IMG/VR virus record: IMGVR_UViG_3300033076_001009
Coordinates: 1-38,692 of that record
Direction: 5' to 3' (one strand)
DNA from: a virus
Lineage: Duplodnaviria; Caudoviricetes
DNA: 38,692 bases
Each line of letters opens with the position of its first letter. Position 1 is the stretch's first letter. This document shows positions 1-6,802 of the stretch, in pieces. The notes below the pieces were generated by a model that was given only the letters and a program-made list of their open reading frames with translations, made no database searches and was not told the DNA's origin. The position numbers were made by a program, and so were the translations under genes.

Positions 1-132
1 AAGCCCCGTCTCCTCGGCCAGCTCGGCGCAGGTGCGCGTGCCGTCCATCATCAGCTTGCACATCAGACAGAACGCCAGCGCGTTGACCTTGACCCTTTTG
101 GACTTGCGGCGTACGGATGTATCAACGGTCAT
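1..132 (-). CDS. HTH DNA-binding protein, 5' part (continues at 38692..38471)
   Basis: ATG at 132 overlaps the TGA of 129..350 (ATGA). It reads MTVDTSVRRKSKRVKVNALAFCLMCKLMMDGTRTCAELAEETGL and joins HVLTVYDWTRAMHKQG from the other end, completing an HTH-like motif (TCAELAEETGLHVLTVYDW). Confidence 0.8.
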   Translation of the reverse strand, partial: MTVDTSVRRKSKRVKVNALAFCLMCKLMMDGTRTCAELAEETGL

Positions 133-350
133 GCTTGTCCCCTTGCTCGGATGGCGACTGCAATAACGTCCGGCGTGTCGTTTTTGCAGGTGCTGTGCCG
201 ATCAGCCACCTTTGCACACGCCTCACGCTCGGCAGCAAGCAACCGTTCAATCTGCTCAACACTGAACAGGTACTCCACATCGCAGTTTTTGTTTTGCTGC
301 GCTCTTGCTCCTGCGTCAAGCGCCATGCGGATGATGTCTTCTCTGTTCAT
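129..350 (-). CDS. Hypothetical phage protein (EREACAK...AIRARG type)
   Basis: 73 aa ORF coupled by ATGA overlaps on both sides; motif pattern common in small phage early proteins. Confidence 0.8.
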   Translation of the reverse strand: MNREDIIRMALDAGARAQQNKNCDVEYLFSVEQIERLLAAEREACAKVADRHSTCKNDTPDVIAVAIRARGQA

Positions 351-577
351 AATCCCACCTGTTTCAATGCTGCTTGCAACCCCGCCAATCCACCGACGCG
401 CTGGCCATCAATGAAGATCTGCGGGAGCTGTCGAGCGCCGGGATACTGCGCCGCAAGATAGTTGATGCCCTCTTCAGTGGCTACGATTTCCTCGTACTCC
501 AGCCCCTTGGACTTCAGCAGTTGCTTGGCTGCCACGCAGTTGGGGCAGTTTGATTTGGTGTAGATGGTGATGTTCAT
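347..577 (-). CDS. Glutaredoxin (GrxC-like)
   Basis: ITIYTKSNCPNC (CxxC) and LPQIFIDGQRVGG glutaredoxin signature; 76 aa. Confidence 0.93.
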   Translation of the reverse strand: MNITIYTKSNCPNCVAAKQLLKSKGLEYEEIVATEEGINYLAAQYPGARQLPQIFIDGQRVGGLAGLQAALKQVGL

Positions 578-975
578 GCGTTCTTCTCCCGCAGTTTGGC
601 TTCAGTACGTTTCATTAATTCCCAATCTGAATCTGTACTTTCCCAAAGCTCGTTCTCTTCCTTTTCGGTCAGCCCCACCCACGGCTTGCTTGCTGGTGGG
701 GATGGCTCAACAATGCGGCCCTGCGGATACACATCACCGTATTCGCCGGATAGCATCTTTTCAGCCGTGGCTTTTGCCATGTTGTCAGTCTTAACCCAAC
801 GACCTGACTCCATCGTGTCCTGCAACCAGTATTCAATCGCCACCGGCTCCTGCTGCTGTGCTGACTTGATGTTGGCGGGGTCGTCGTAGCACAGCGGGCA
901 CTTGAACTCGTGCGATCGCTCGGCCCATTGTGGGTTGTCCTTCAGCTTTTTGTCGGCACATGCATTTATGTCCAT
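574..975 (-). CDS. Hypothetical modular phage protein (QQQEPVA...SPPASKP...EAKLREKNA), paralogue of 1297..1713
   Basis: 133 aa, GGAG upstream, N-terminal CPLC; shares three short anchor motifs with 1297..1713. Confidence 0.8.
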   Translation of the reverse strand: MDINACADKKLKDNPQWAERSHEFKCPLCYDDPANIKSAQQQEPVAIEYWLQDTMESGRWVKTDNMAKATAEKMLSGEYGDVYPQGRIVEPSPPASKPWVGLTEKEENELWESTDSDWELMKRTEAKLREKNA

Positions 976-1050
976 TTAATAATCTCCAAACAAGTCAATT
1001 AGCGCCCATGCAAAGAGCGCAAACAGAGCGGAATAAAAAAGAATGCTCAC
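976..1050 (-). CDS. Small membrane peptide (24 aa)
   Basis: GTG start overlaps the previous TGA (GTGA) after GGAGG; MSILFYSALFALFAWALIDLFGDY; its TAA abuts the next ATG. Confidence 0.55.
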   Translation of the reverse strand: MSILFYSALFALFAWALIDLFGDY

Positions 1051-1142
1051 AGAAACCCTCCCAATTTCAATATTGTGTAGACGTACCCGACAAGCGCAAT
1101 CACTGCCGCGATGCCAAGGCCGATAAGTATTCCAGTTAGCAT
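1047..1142 (-). CDS. Small membrane peptide (31 aa)
   Basis: GAGGAG RBS, then MLTGILIGLGIAAVIALVGYVYTILKLGGFL; one hydrophobic helix; overlaps both neighbours. Confidence 0.65.
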   Translation of the reverse strand: MLTGILIGLGIAAVIALVGYVYTILKLGGFL

Positions 1143-1300
1143 TTCTTCTCCTCAGTGTGGTTACCCCACCCGCCGTCGCCGTTGCGCCAGCCGATCTCAA
1201 AGTTGAGCCAGCCGATGCCGATCCAGAGTTCATCACGAACCCCAACGGCAAGGTAAGGCCAGACCACAAAGTGGGGTTGGTCTGTTTCAAAGTAGATCAT
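1136..1300 (-). CDS. Hypothetical Trp/Gly-rich small protein (54 aa)
   Basis: Start placed at ATG 1300 (ATGA overlap, GGGAG RBS): MIYFETDQPHFVVWPYLAVG... Confidence 0.7.
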   Translation of the reverse strand: MIYFETDQPHFVVWPYLAVGVRDELWIGIGWLNFEIGWRNGDGGWGNHTEEKKC

Positions 1301-1713
1301 GCGTTCTTCTCCCGCAGCTTGGCTTCTACATCTGACTTGAGTGGCCTCCAAAGAACCACGCCGTATCTGTCAGCAAGCTCTTCCCATTCCTCATCCGTCA
1401 GCGGCTTGCTTGCTGGTGGGGATGTGTAGAGAGGAACAAGCATTCGCGTTGGCTCGGGGTACGCATGGTTCAGGCGATTGAACTCCATATCAGCTTCGTC
1501 TTTTTTCATAAAGACAAGCACAGGCCCATGCGTCCAGACCATCCACGCAACAGGCTCATGCTGCTGTGCTGGCTGCTCAAGTGCTTCGCGGATGGCTTCA
1601 TTGACAGCATCGCGGGCCATCATCACCTTGACGAAAACATCATTGTTCACATGGCCTGACGCTGCGATCAACGCCTCCAGCGCCAAATTCAGTGCTTCTC
1701 TTTCCTTGCTCAT
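1297..1713 (-). CDS. Hypothetical modular phage protein, paralogue of 574..975
   Basis: 138 aa; REALNLALEAL...QQHEPVAW...LVPLYTSPPASKPLTDEE...EAKLREKNA. Confidence 0.82.
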   Translation of the reverse strand: MSKEREALNLALEALIAASGHVNNDVFVKVMMARDAVNEAIREALEQPAQQHEPVAWMVWTHGPVLVFMKKDEADMEFNRLNHAYPEPTRMLVPLYTSPPASKPLTDEEWEELADRYGVVLWRPLKSDVEAKLREKNA

Positions 1714-1895
1714 TCCAGCCCCTTGATGTAGGCCGTCAGCCGCTTGATTTGCTGCTCACGAAACTTGCACATAGAGTCGGCGTACTCGCGGCTGGTCTGG
1801 GCGGCCAGCAAACGGCGCTTGGCCTCCTCGAGCTCACGCAGCGCGAGCACCTCGGCGCTAGGCGTCGCCCACAGTTTCTTCAGTTGTTCTATCAT
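1710..1895 (-). CDS. Hypothetical coiled-coil protein
   Basis: 61 aa, ATGA-coupled on both sides. Confidence 0.75.
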   Translation of the reverse strand: MIEQLKKLWATPSAEVLALRELEEAKRRLLAAQTSREYADSMCKFREQQIKRLTAYIKGLE

Positions 1896-2077
1896 TTGGT
1901 TGCCTCTTTCAAAAGTTCAGCCCTCTCGCGGGCCACTCGCAGTGTGTTGTAGCGCTGGTGCAGGCGTTCGAGCACCGTCACACGCTTGGCGCCAGCTCGC
2001 TCGGCGTTGAGCAGCTCCAGCACCTCGGCCTCGGTCTTGAGCGCCAGGTTACTGTTTAGTTTTCGCCATGAAAGCAT
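1892..2077 (-). CDS. Hypothetical protein
   Basis: GAGGAG upstream; MLSWRKLNSNLALKTEAEVLELLNAERAGAKRVTVLERLHQRY... Confidence 0.75.
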   Translation of the reverse strand: MLSWRKLNSNLALKTEAEVLELLNAERAGAKRVTVLERLHQRYNTLRVARERAELLKEATK

Positions 2078-2216
2078 CAATCTTCTCCTCTAGTTGCATG
2101 ATCTCTTGGATCGTCTTGGCCAAGCTGCGCTGGGCCGCGTTGTACTGGCGCTTCTTGTGGTTCAGCTCGGACCGCGCCGCCTTGAGCTTGGCCCTCCACT
2201 GGTCGATTCGTTTCAT
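2049..2216 (-). CDS. Hypothetical coiled-coil protein (55 aa)
   Basis: Read manually: ATGA overlap with the helicase stop, GGAGG RBS, MKRIDQWRAKLKAARSELNHKKRQYNAAQRSLAKTIQEIMQLEEKIDAFMAKTKQ. Confidence 0.7.
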   Translation of the reverse strand: MKRIDQWRAKLKAARSELNHKKRQYNAAQRSLAKTIQEIMQLEEKIDAFMAKTKQ

Positions 2217-3496
2217 TTCAGCGCCTCCAAAGCAATATCTGACACGGTGCGCTTATCTTGCAGCGCACCCCAAATCTTCTCGTCCACGGTTTTCTCGGCC
2301 ATCAAGATATACACCCACACAGGGTGTGTTTGGCCTGAGCGGTGCAGACGACCAACGGTCTGTTCGTACAGCTCCAGACTCCACGGCAGCGACAGAAACA
2401 CCATGTGACAGCCTCCGTGCTGGAGGTTGAGTCCGTGGCCGGCTGACTTTGGGTGTATGGCCAGCAACTGGACACGCCCCGCGTTCCACTCACTGATGGC
2501 TGTGGGGTCGTCGAGGGTGACGACATCAAAGCGTCGTTTGAGCTCGGCAAGCTCTTCCTGATAGTTGTACACAAGGATAGTGTTTGCATGTTGGTTCTCG
2601 TCAAGTAAATCTTCCAAGGCGTCAAACTTGTGCGTGCTGAACCACACAGGCTCTGGCGTGTAGACAAACCCTCCAGCCATCTGCTGGAGCTTTTGCGTCA
2701 CAACAGCCGCGTTGATGGCCACGGCTGCCTGATCGCCGAACTGCACCACGAAGTCTTTCTTCATGGTGTTGTACTCGGTCATGTCCATCTTTGCGCGCAG
2801 CTCGACCGTGTGGCATGGCGGCAGCTTGTCCTTGTACTCACCTGGCTCCAGCACGAACGTGGCTGGCTTGATCTTCTTCATCACCAGCGCCAGCGACTCA
2901 GGGCGCGGCTCCCAGTCGTTGAACTCTTGGTTGCGCAGCCAGAAGTACTGCTGCATGAACGCGCCCTTGCTGCGGCCCAGCAGCGACTGGTCCACGATCT
3001 TGCACTGGCCGAACACGTCCTCCAAGCCGTTGCTGGTGAACGAGCCAGTCAGGCCCCAGCGCGTCTGCACCCGGTCGATGACCTTGGCCAACGCTTTAAA
3101 GCGCGCGCCGGACGGGTTCTTGAGCTTGGTCAGCTCGTCGAACACGATGCCGTCGAACAGCAGCTCCTGCTCGGCCAACCATTGGATGTTGTCGTAGTTG
3201 GTCACGACCACGTCCGCCAAGCTGTGCAGGGCGGTCAGACGCTGGGTAGGCGTGCCCACGGCCACCGTCACGATCAGCTTGGGCGCCCACTTCGGCGCCT
3301 CTACTGGCCAGACGTCGGTGCAGACACGCTTAGGGGCCAGCACCAGCCAGCGCCCGACGTGGCCGTGCTTGACCATGTCAGCCATGGCCGTGAGCGTGAT
3401 GGCTGTCTTGCCCGCGCCCACCGGCGCCAAAATCATGGCGCGGTCGTGCTCGAACAGGAAGTCAGCAGCCTGCTCTTGGTAGTCACGCAGCTTCAC
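2213..3496 (-). CDS. SNF2-family (SF2) DNA helicase
   Basis: LRDYQ Q-motif, GAGKT Walker A, FDE Walker B, LTGS motif III, GHGLNLQ motif V, QTVGRLHRSGQ motif VI. Confidence 0.93.
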   Translation of the reverse strand: MKLRDYQEQAADFLFEHDRAMILAPVGAGKTAITLTAMADMVKHGHVGRWLVLAPKRVCTDVWPVEAPKWAPKLIVTVAVGTPTQRLTALHSLADVVVTNYDNIQWLAEQELLFDGIVFDELTKLKNPSGARFKALAKVIDRVQTRWGLTGSFTSNGLEDVFGQCKIVDQSLLGRSKGAFMQQYFWLRNQEFNDWEPRPESLALVMKKIKPATFVLEPGEYKDKLPPCHTVELRAKMDMTEYNTMKKDFVVQFGDQAAVAINAAVVTQKLQQMAGGFVYTPEPVWFSTHKFDALEDLLDENQHANTILVYNYQEELAELKRRFDVVTLDDPTAISEWNAGRVQLLAIHPKSAGHGLNLQHGGCHMVFLSLPWSLELYEQTVGRLHRSGQTHPVWVYILMAEKTVDEKIWGALQDKRTVSDIALEALK

Positions 3497-3701
3497 GCTT
3501 AGTCTCCAGCTCGATCAGCAGCTCGATGTAGTGCTTGGCCTTCTCCAAATCGGCGATGCCGTTCTTCTTGCGCCAGCGGCTGACGTACTTGACCACGTTG
3601 CCCTCAAAGTAGCCCATCGCGTTGGCGTGGATGTACTCCGCTGGCTGGATGGGCAGGTCTTTGTAGTGGTCACCGTCCACTTGTCTGTTTAATGAACTCA
3701 T
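3483..3701 (-). CDS. DUF3310-family protein (T7 gp1.7/SaV-like)
   Basis: QVDGDHY...IQPAEYI...GNVVKYVSRWRKKNGIADLEKAKHY signature; start placed at ATG 3701. Confidence 0.85.
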   Translation of the reverse strand: MSSLNRQVDGDHYKDLPIQPAEYIHANAMGYFEGNVVKYVSRWRKKNGIADLEKAKHYIELLIELETKREAA

Positions 3702-3951
3702 CAATTTGCTCCTTGTTCCATAGACACACATACTTCTGATTCATCCGCTCCATGTCGGCAGCGAATACTTTTTGCAAAGGCGACAACCTGCCGCCTTCGG
3801 TCTTGAGCTCCACGAACCAGGTCTGGCCGTTGGGCAGACAGACAATGCGGTCAGACACGCCTTTGTGCGCGGGGCTGGTGAACTTGTACGCCATACCGCC
3901 CAGCTCTTTGACGCGCTTGACGAGGTAGGCTTCGACTTGTTTTTCTAACAT
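3670..3951 (-). CDS. VRR-NUC domain nuclease (putative Holliday junction resolvase)
   Basis: MLEKQVE...GVSDRIV...FVELKTEGGRLSPLQ, the PD-(D/E)xK VRR-NUC pattern; start ATG 3951. Confidence 0.9.
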   Translation of the reverse strand: MLEKQVEAYLVKRVKELGGMAYKFTSPAHKGVSDRIVCLPNGQTWFVELKTEGGRLSPLQKVFAADMERMNQKYVCLWNKEQIDEFIKQTSGR

Positions 3952-3958
3952 GGGCTGA

Positions 3959-3987
3959 ATGCTATCACGAAAAAAGTTGTTGTGCAA
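3959..3987 (-). promoter_or_regulatory. Sigma70-type leftward promoter, probably giving a leaderless mRNA
   Basis: TTGCAC-17 bp-TAGCAT with TGn extended -10; the ATG of the VRR-NUC gene follows 7 nt downstream with no SD. Confidence 0.65.
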
Positions 3988-4007
3988 AAGTTTTTTACGT
4001 GTATGAT
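3980..4007 (+). promoter_or_regulatory. Rightward promoter of the replication operon
   Basis: TTGTGC-16 bp-TATGAT upstream of the CAGGAG RBS and ATG 4036; its -35 overlaps the divergent promoter. Confidence 0.5.
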
Positions 4008-4035
4008 GGAGGCTCAACTTTTACAGGAGAGTCAA

Positions 4036-4290
4036 ATGAGCAACAACACAGGCGGGCCAGCGTTTCCTCATGGAAAGGCTTCTTATGCAGTCATGACCCT
4101 GCGCGACTACTTTGCGGCCAATGCCCGCGAGGAGGACATTCAATTTTGGATGCCTAAGGGTTTTAACGAAATTCAAATTCGCACAGCTCCAGATGGCACA
4201 AAATATGAACTTTGGGTTGCTGCAACTTGGACTCGTGAGCAAGCTAAATACCGCTATGCAGATTCAATGTTGAAAGCGAGGGAAGCGTAA
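4036..4290 (+). CDS. Hypothetical phage protein (TGGPAFP...MTLRDYFAA type)
   Basis: AGGAG RBS before ATG 4036; recurrent small phage protein motif; TAATG coupling to the next gene. Confidence 0.82.
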   Translation: MSNNTGGPAFPHGKASYAVMTLRDYFAANAREEDIQFWMPKGFNEIQIRTAPDGTKYELWVAATWTREQAKYRYADSMLKAREA

Positions 4291-5399
4291 TGCTGCACAG
4301 TAACATCGTCGGCGGTAGCACCGCCAAGCGCGTCATCAACTGCCCTGGCAGTGTGGCGCTCGTCAACAAGATGCCGCCCAAGCCGTCGAGCGAACACGCC
4401 GACCGAGGCACGCTCTTGCACAACGCCATCAGCGAAATCCTCGAAGGCCGTCCCGACGTGATCGGTTCGCGCTACGAAGAGCAGACGCTGACCCAAGAAC
4501 TTTTCGACGAGAAGATCGTCCCAGCACTGAAAGCATTAGATGAAGTTGACCCAACTCAAAACATGGTTTACGAGGTTGAGACACGTGTTGGCTTTGGTGA
4601 TCTCTTACCTGGTGTTTTTGGGAGCACTGACCTTATTGGTCGGGTTGGTGATCGTGCCGTTGTACTTGATTGGAAATTTGGCGATGGTGTTGTCGTGGAT
4701 GCTGAGGAAAATCCTCAACTGATGTTCTATGCTGCTGCTGCCATGCGCACCGAGTCCGCTAAGTGGGCGTTCGATGGCGCCAAAGAGCTGGAGCTCATTA
4801 TCGTGCAGCCGCCCGTCATCCGTCGCTGGACGACCACGTTTGAGCGCATCGCGCAGTTTGAGCAGGAGCTGGTTGCGGCTGTCAAGGCCGCGCAAAAGCC
4901 TGATGCTAAACTGCAACACGGCGACCACTGCCGCTGGTGCGCGGGCAAGCCCATCTGCCCTAAGATGACTGGCGCAGTGGACCGCGCACTGCAAGTGCAA
5001 ATCAAAGAAATAGACGTTGACACTTTGGGTAAATACCTGAAGAATGCAGACCTCTTGGAAGACTGGATCAAAGACCTGCGTGCGCTGGCCTTCCAGCTTC
5101 TGGACAAAGCAGTGCCTGTGCCTGGCTACAAGCTGGTGCAAAAACAGGCGCGGCGTCAATGGGTCGATGAGGCCAAGGCCGAGCGTGTGCTTGCGGGCAT
5201 GGGCATCGAGCCGATGAAACAAGAGTTGATTTCTCCAGTGCAAGCGGAGAAGGAACTCAAAAAGAGCAAGCTGGCGCTGCCTGACGATCTCGTCAAGTCG
5301 GTGTCATCTGGCACAACACTGGCAAGCGAGGATGACCCTCGCCCAGCAGTGTTGCAAATCGGGCAGCAGTTAACTGCTGCTCTTTCTAAACTTCAGTAA
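4290..5399 (+). CDS. Cas4-like PD-(D/E)xK exonuclease (DUF2800 family)
   Basis: HS..GGSTAKRVINCPGS, GTLLH, GSTDLI...LDWKFG, QLMFYA, HCRWC...CP Fe-S cysteines. Confidence 0.88.
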   Translation: MLHSNIVGGSTAKRVINCPGSVALVNKMPPKPSSEHADRGTLLHNAISEILEGRPDVIGSRYEEQTLTQELFDEKIVPALKALDEVDPTQNMVYEVETRVGFGDLLPGVFGSTDLIGRVGDRAVVLDWKFGDGVVVDAEENPQLMFYAAAAMRTESAKWAFDGAKELELIIVQPPVIRRWTTTFERIAQFEQELVAAVKAAQKPDAKLQHGDHCRWCAGKPICPKMTGAVDRALQVQIKEIDVDTLGKYLKNADLLEDWIKDLRALAFQLLDKAVPVPGYKLVQKQARRQWVDEAKAERVLAGMGIEPMKQELISPVQAEKELKKSKLALPDDLVKSVSSGTTLASEDDPRPAVLQIGQQLTAALSKLQ

Positions 5400-5409
5400 G
5401 GTAACTACC

Positions 5410-6048
5410 ATGCAATTGACTACATTCTCTTCGGCAAACCTGCCAGCCGTCTCCACTCTGTCTACCGCTCTGCGTGCTTTGGAAAAAGACGTGGGCCCAG
5501 CCGGTGTCGTGATCCTGAAAATGGACAAGACTGGCCACTGGGTCTTCGGCGCTGACCAAACCGAAGTCGAGGAGGACTCTCTGTGGGCCATCAACCCCTA
5601 CTCTTTCGTTCACGGCTTTATTGCTTGGGGTGACGGTGAAGTGCTTGGTGAGAAGATGGCGTCCGTGACGCAACCCCTGCCTGAGCTTGACGCTGCGCCA
5701 GCAGCAGCCAAGCGCGGATGGGAGATGCAGATCGGCATGTCTCTGAAGTGCCAGAACGGCGAAGACAAGGACATGGAAGCGCGTTTCACCACCACTTCGG
5801 TTGGTGGTAAAAAAGCGGTTCAAGCTCTTGGCGTTGCCATCGCTACTCAGGTCGAGAAAGACCCGAGCAAGCCTGTCGCTATCGTGCGCCTGAAGAAGGA
5901 GCACTACCAGCACAAGTCGTACGGTCGCATCTACACCCCGGTCTTTGAGATCGTGGAGTGGGTCGGCATGGACGGCGAGTCTGTTGCCGAGCCGGAAGTC
6001 GAAGAAGAGGCCGCGCCAGCCACTGGCCGTCGTCGTCGCTCTGTCTAA
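5410..6048 (+). CDS. Putative single-stranded DNA-binding/annealing protein
   Basis: Lies between the exonuclease and the polymerase; aromatic-rich core (YQHKSYGRIYTPVF) with an acidic tail followed by RRRR. Confidence 0.65.
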   Translation: MQLTTFSSANLPAVSTLSTALRALEKDVGPAGVVILKMDKTGHWVFGADQTEVEEDSLWAINPYSFVHGFIAWGDGEVLGEKMASVTQPLPELDAAPAAAKRGWEMQIGMSLKCQNGEDKDMEARFTTTSVGGKKAVQALGVAIATQVEKDPSKPVAIVRLKKEHYQHKSYGRIYTPVFEIVEWVGMDGESVAEPEVEEEAAPATGRRRRSV

Positions 6049-6055
6049 GTGAATA

Positions 6056-6079
6056 GGGGCTGCCCGCAAGGTCGGCCCC
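6056..6079 (+). other. Intergenic GNRA-tetraloop hairpin
   Basis: GGGGCTG-C-CC-GCAA-GG-T-CGGCCCC with no U-tract, between the SSB-like and PAPS-reductase-like genes. Confidence 0.5.
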
Positions 6080-6100
6080 GCCTATAAAGTAAAGTACAGT

Positions 6101-6802
6101 ATGAAACACATTGTTGGGTTGAGCGGTGGCAAGGACTCCACCGCGCTGGCGTTGCGGTTGGCCGAAGTCGAGCCGCGTGATTACGAGTACATCTGCAACG
6201 AGACGGGCAATGAGCTGCCTGAGATGCTCGACCATTGGAAACGCTTGGAAGATATGCTGGGCAAGCCCATCATTCGTGTGCGTTACAAAGATGATTTGGA
6301 AGGCACTATCCAGCAAATGAACATGCTGCCCAGCGTGTTTGCGCGGTGGTGCACCCGTGTGCTCAAGATCGAGCCGACCATTGAATACATGAAACAACTG
6401 CCTGAAGGCTCGACGCTGTACGTTGGCTTGCGCGCCGATGAAGAAGCGCGCCGTGGGCTGTACGGCGAAGACATAGCAATCCGATTCCCTATGCGTGAGT
6501 GGGGCTGGAAAGAAGCCGACGTGTGGTCGTACCTTGACCAGCGTGGTGTGGCCATCCCCGCCCGTACCGATTGCGCTTGGTGCCCATACCAGCGTTTGGG
6601 TGAATGGCGTGATCTGTACAACAAATACCCTGTGATCTGGGCGCAAGGCGTTGCGTTGGAAAAGCAAATTGGCGCAACGTTCCGCAGCCCTGGCCGCGAC
6701 ACATGGCCAGCCGATCTGGAGTCGCTGGGCCAAGAGTTCGCCAGCGGGCGCAAACTGCGCGAATACAAGCGCGGCACAACTTGCAGGGTGTGCTCGTTAT
6801 GA
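6101..6802 (+). CDS. PAPS reductase-family (PP-loop, CysH/DndC-like) protein
   Basis: GLSGGKDS PP-loop, ETGNELPE, RWCTRVLKIEP, VGLRADEEARR, FPMREWGW, RTDCAWCPY, C-terminal CRVC. Confidence 0.88.
   Translation: MKHIVGLSGGKDSTALALRLAEVEPRDYEYICNETGNELPEMLDHWKRLEDMLGKPIIRVRYKDDLEGTIQQMNMLPSVFARWCTRVLKIEPTIEYMKQLPEGSTLYVGLRADEEARRGLYGEDIAIRFPMREWGWKEADVWSYLDQRGVAIPARTDCAWCPYQRLGEWRDLYNKYPVIWAQGVALEKQIGATFRSPGRDTWPADLESLGQEFASGRKLREYKRGTTCRVCSL

Larger units (their letters stand above)
574..1571. repeat. Three pairs of short direct repeats shared by two paralogous genes
   Basis: 574-603 vs 1297-1326 (30 bp, 1 mismatch); 682-704 vs 1402-1424 (23 bp, identical); 845-863 vs 1553-1571 (19 bp, 1 mismatch). 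Confidence 0.9.

Noticed and set aside
976-1290. 104 aa minus-strand ORF from the track
   Set aside because: It is better explained by three coupled short ORFs; only its last 24 codons appear to be real.
6703-6798. Upstream-extended starts in the ORF track (polA 6703, terL 14552, tailspike 30965, 3982, 37341, 16014)
   Set aside because: Downstream ATGs have SDs or stop/start coupling, and the extensions overlap neighbouring genes.
6101-6802. A complete Dnd/Ssp phosphorothioation system or a bona fide cysH
   Set aside because: No dndA/B/D/E or ssp partner genes and no ECGLH motif; only a family-level call is supported.
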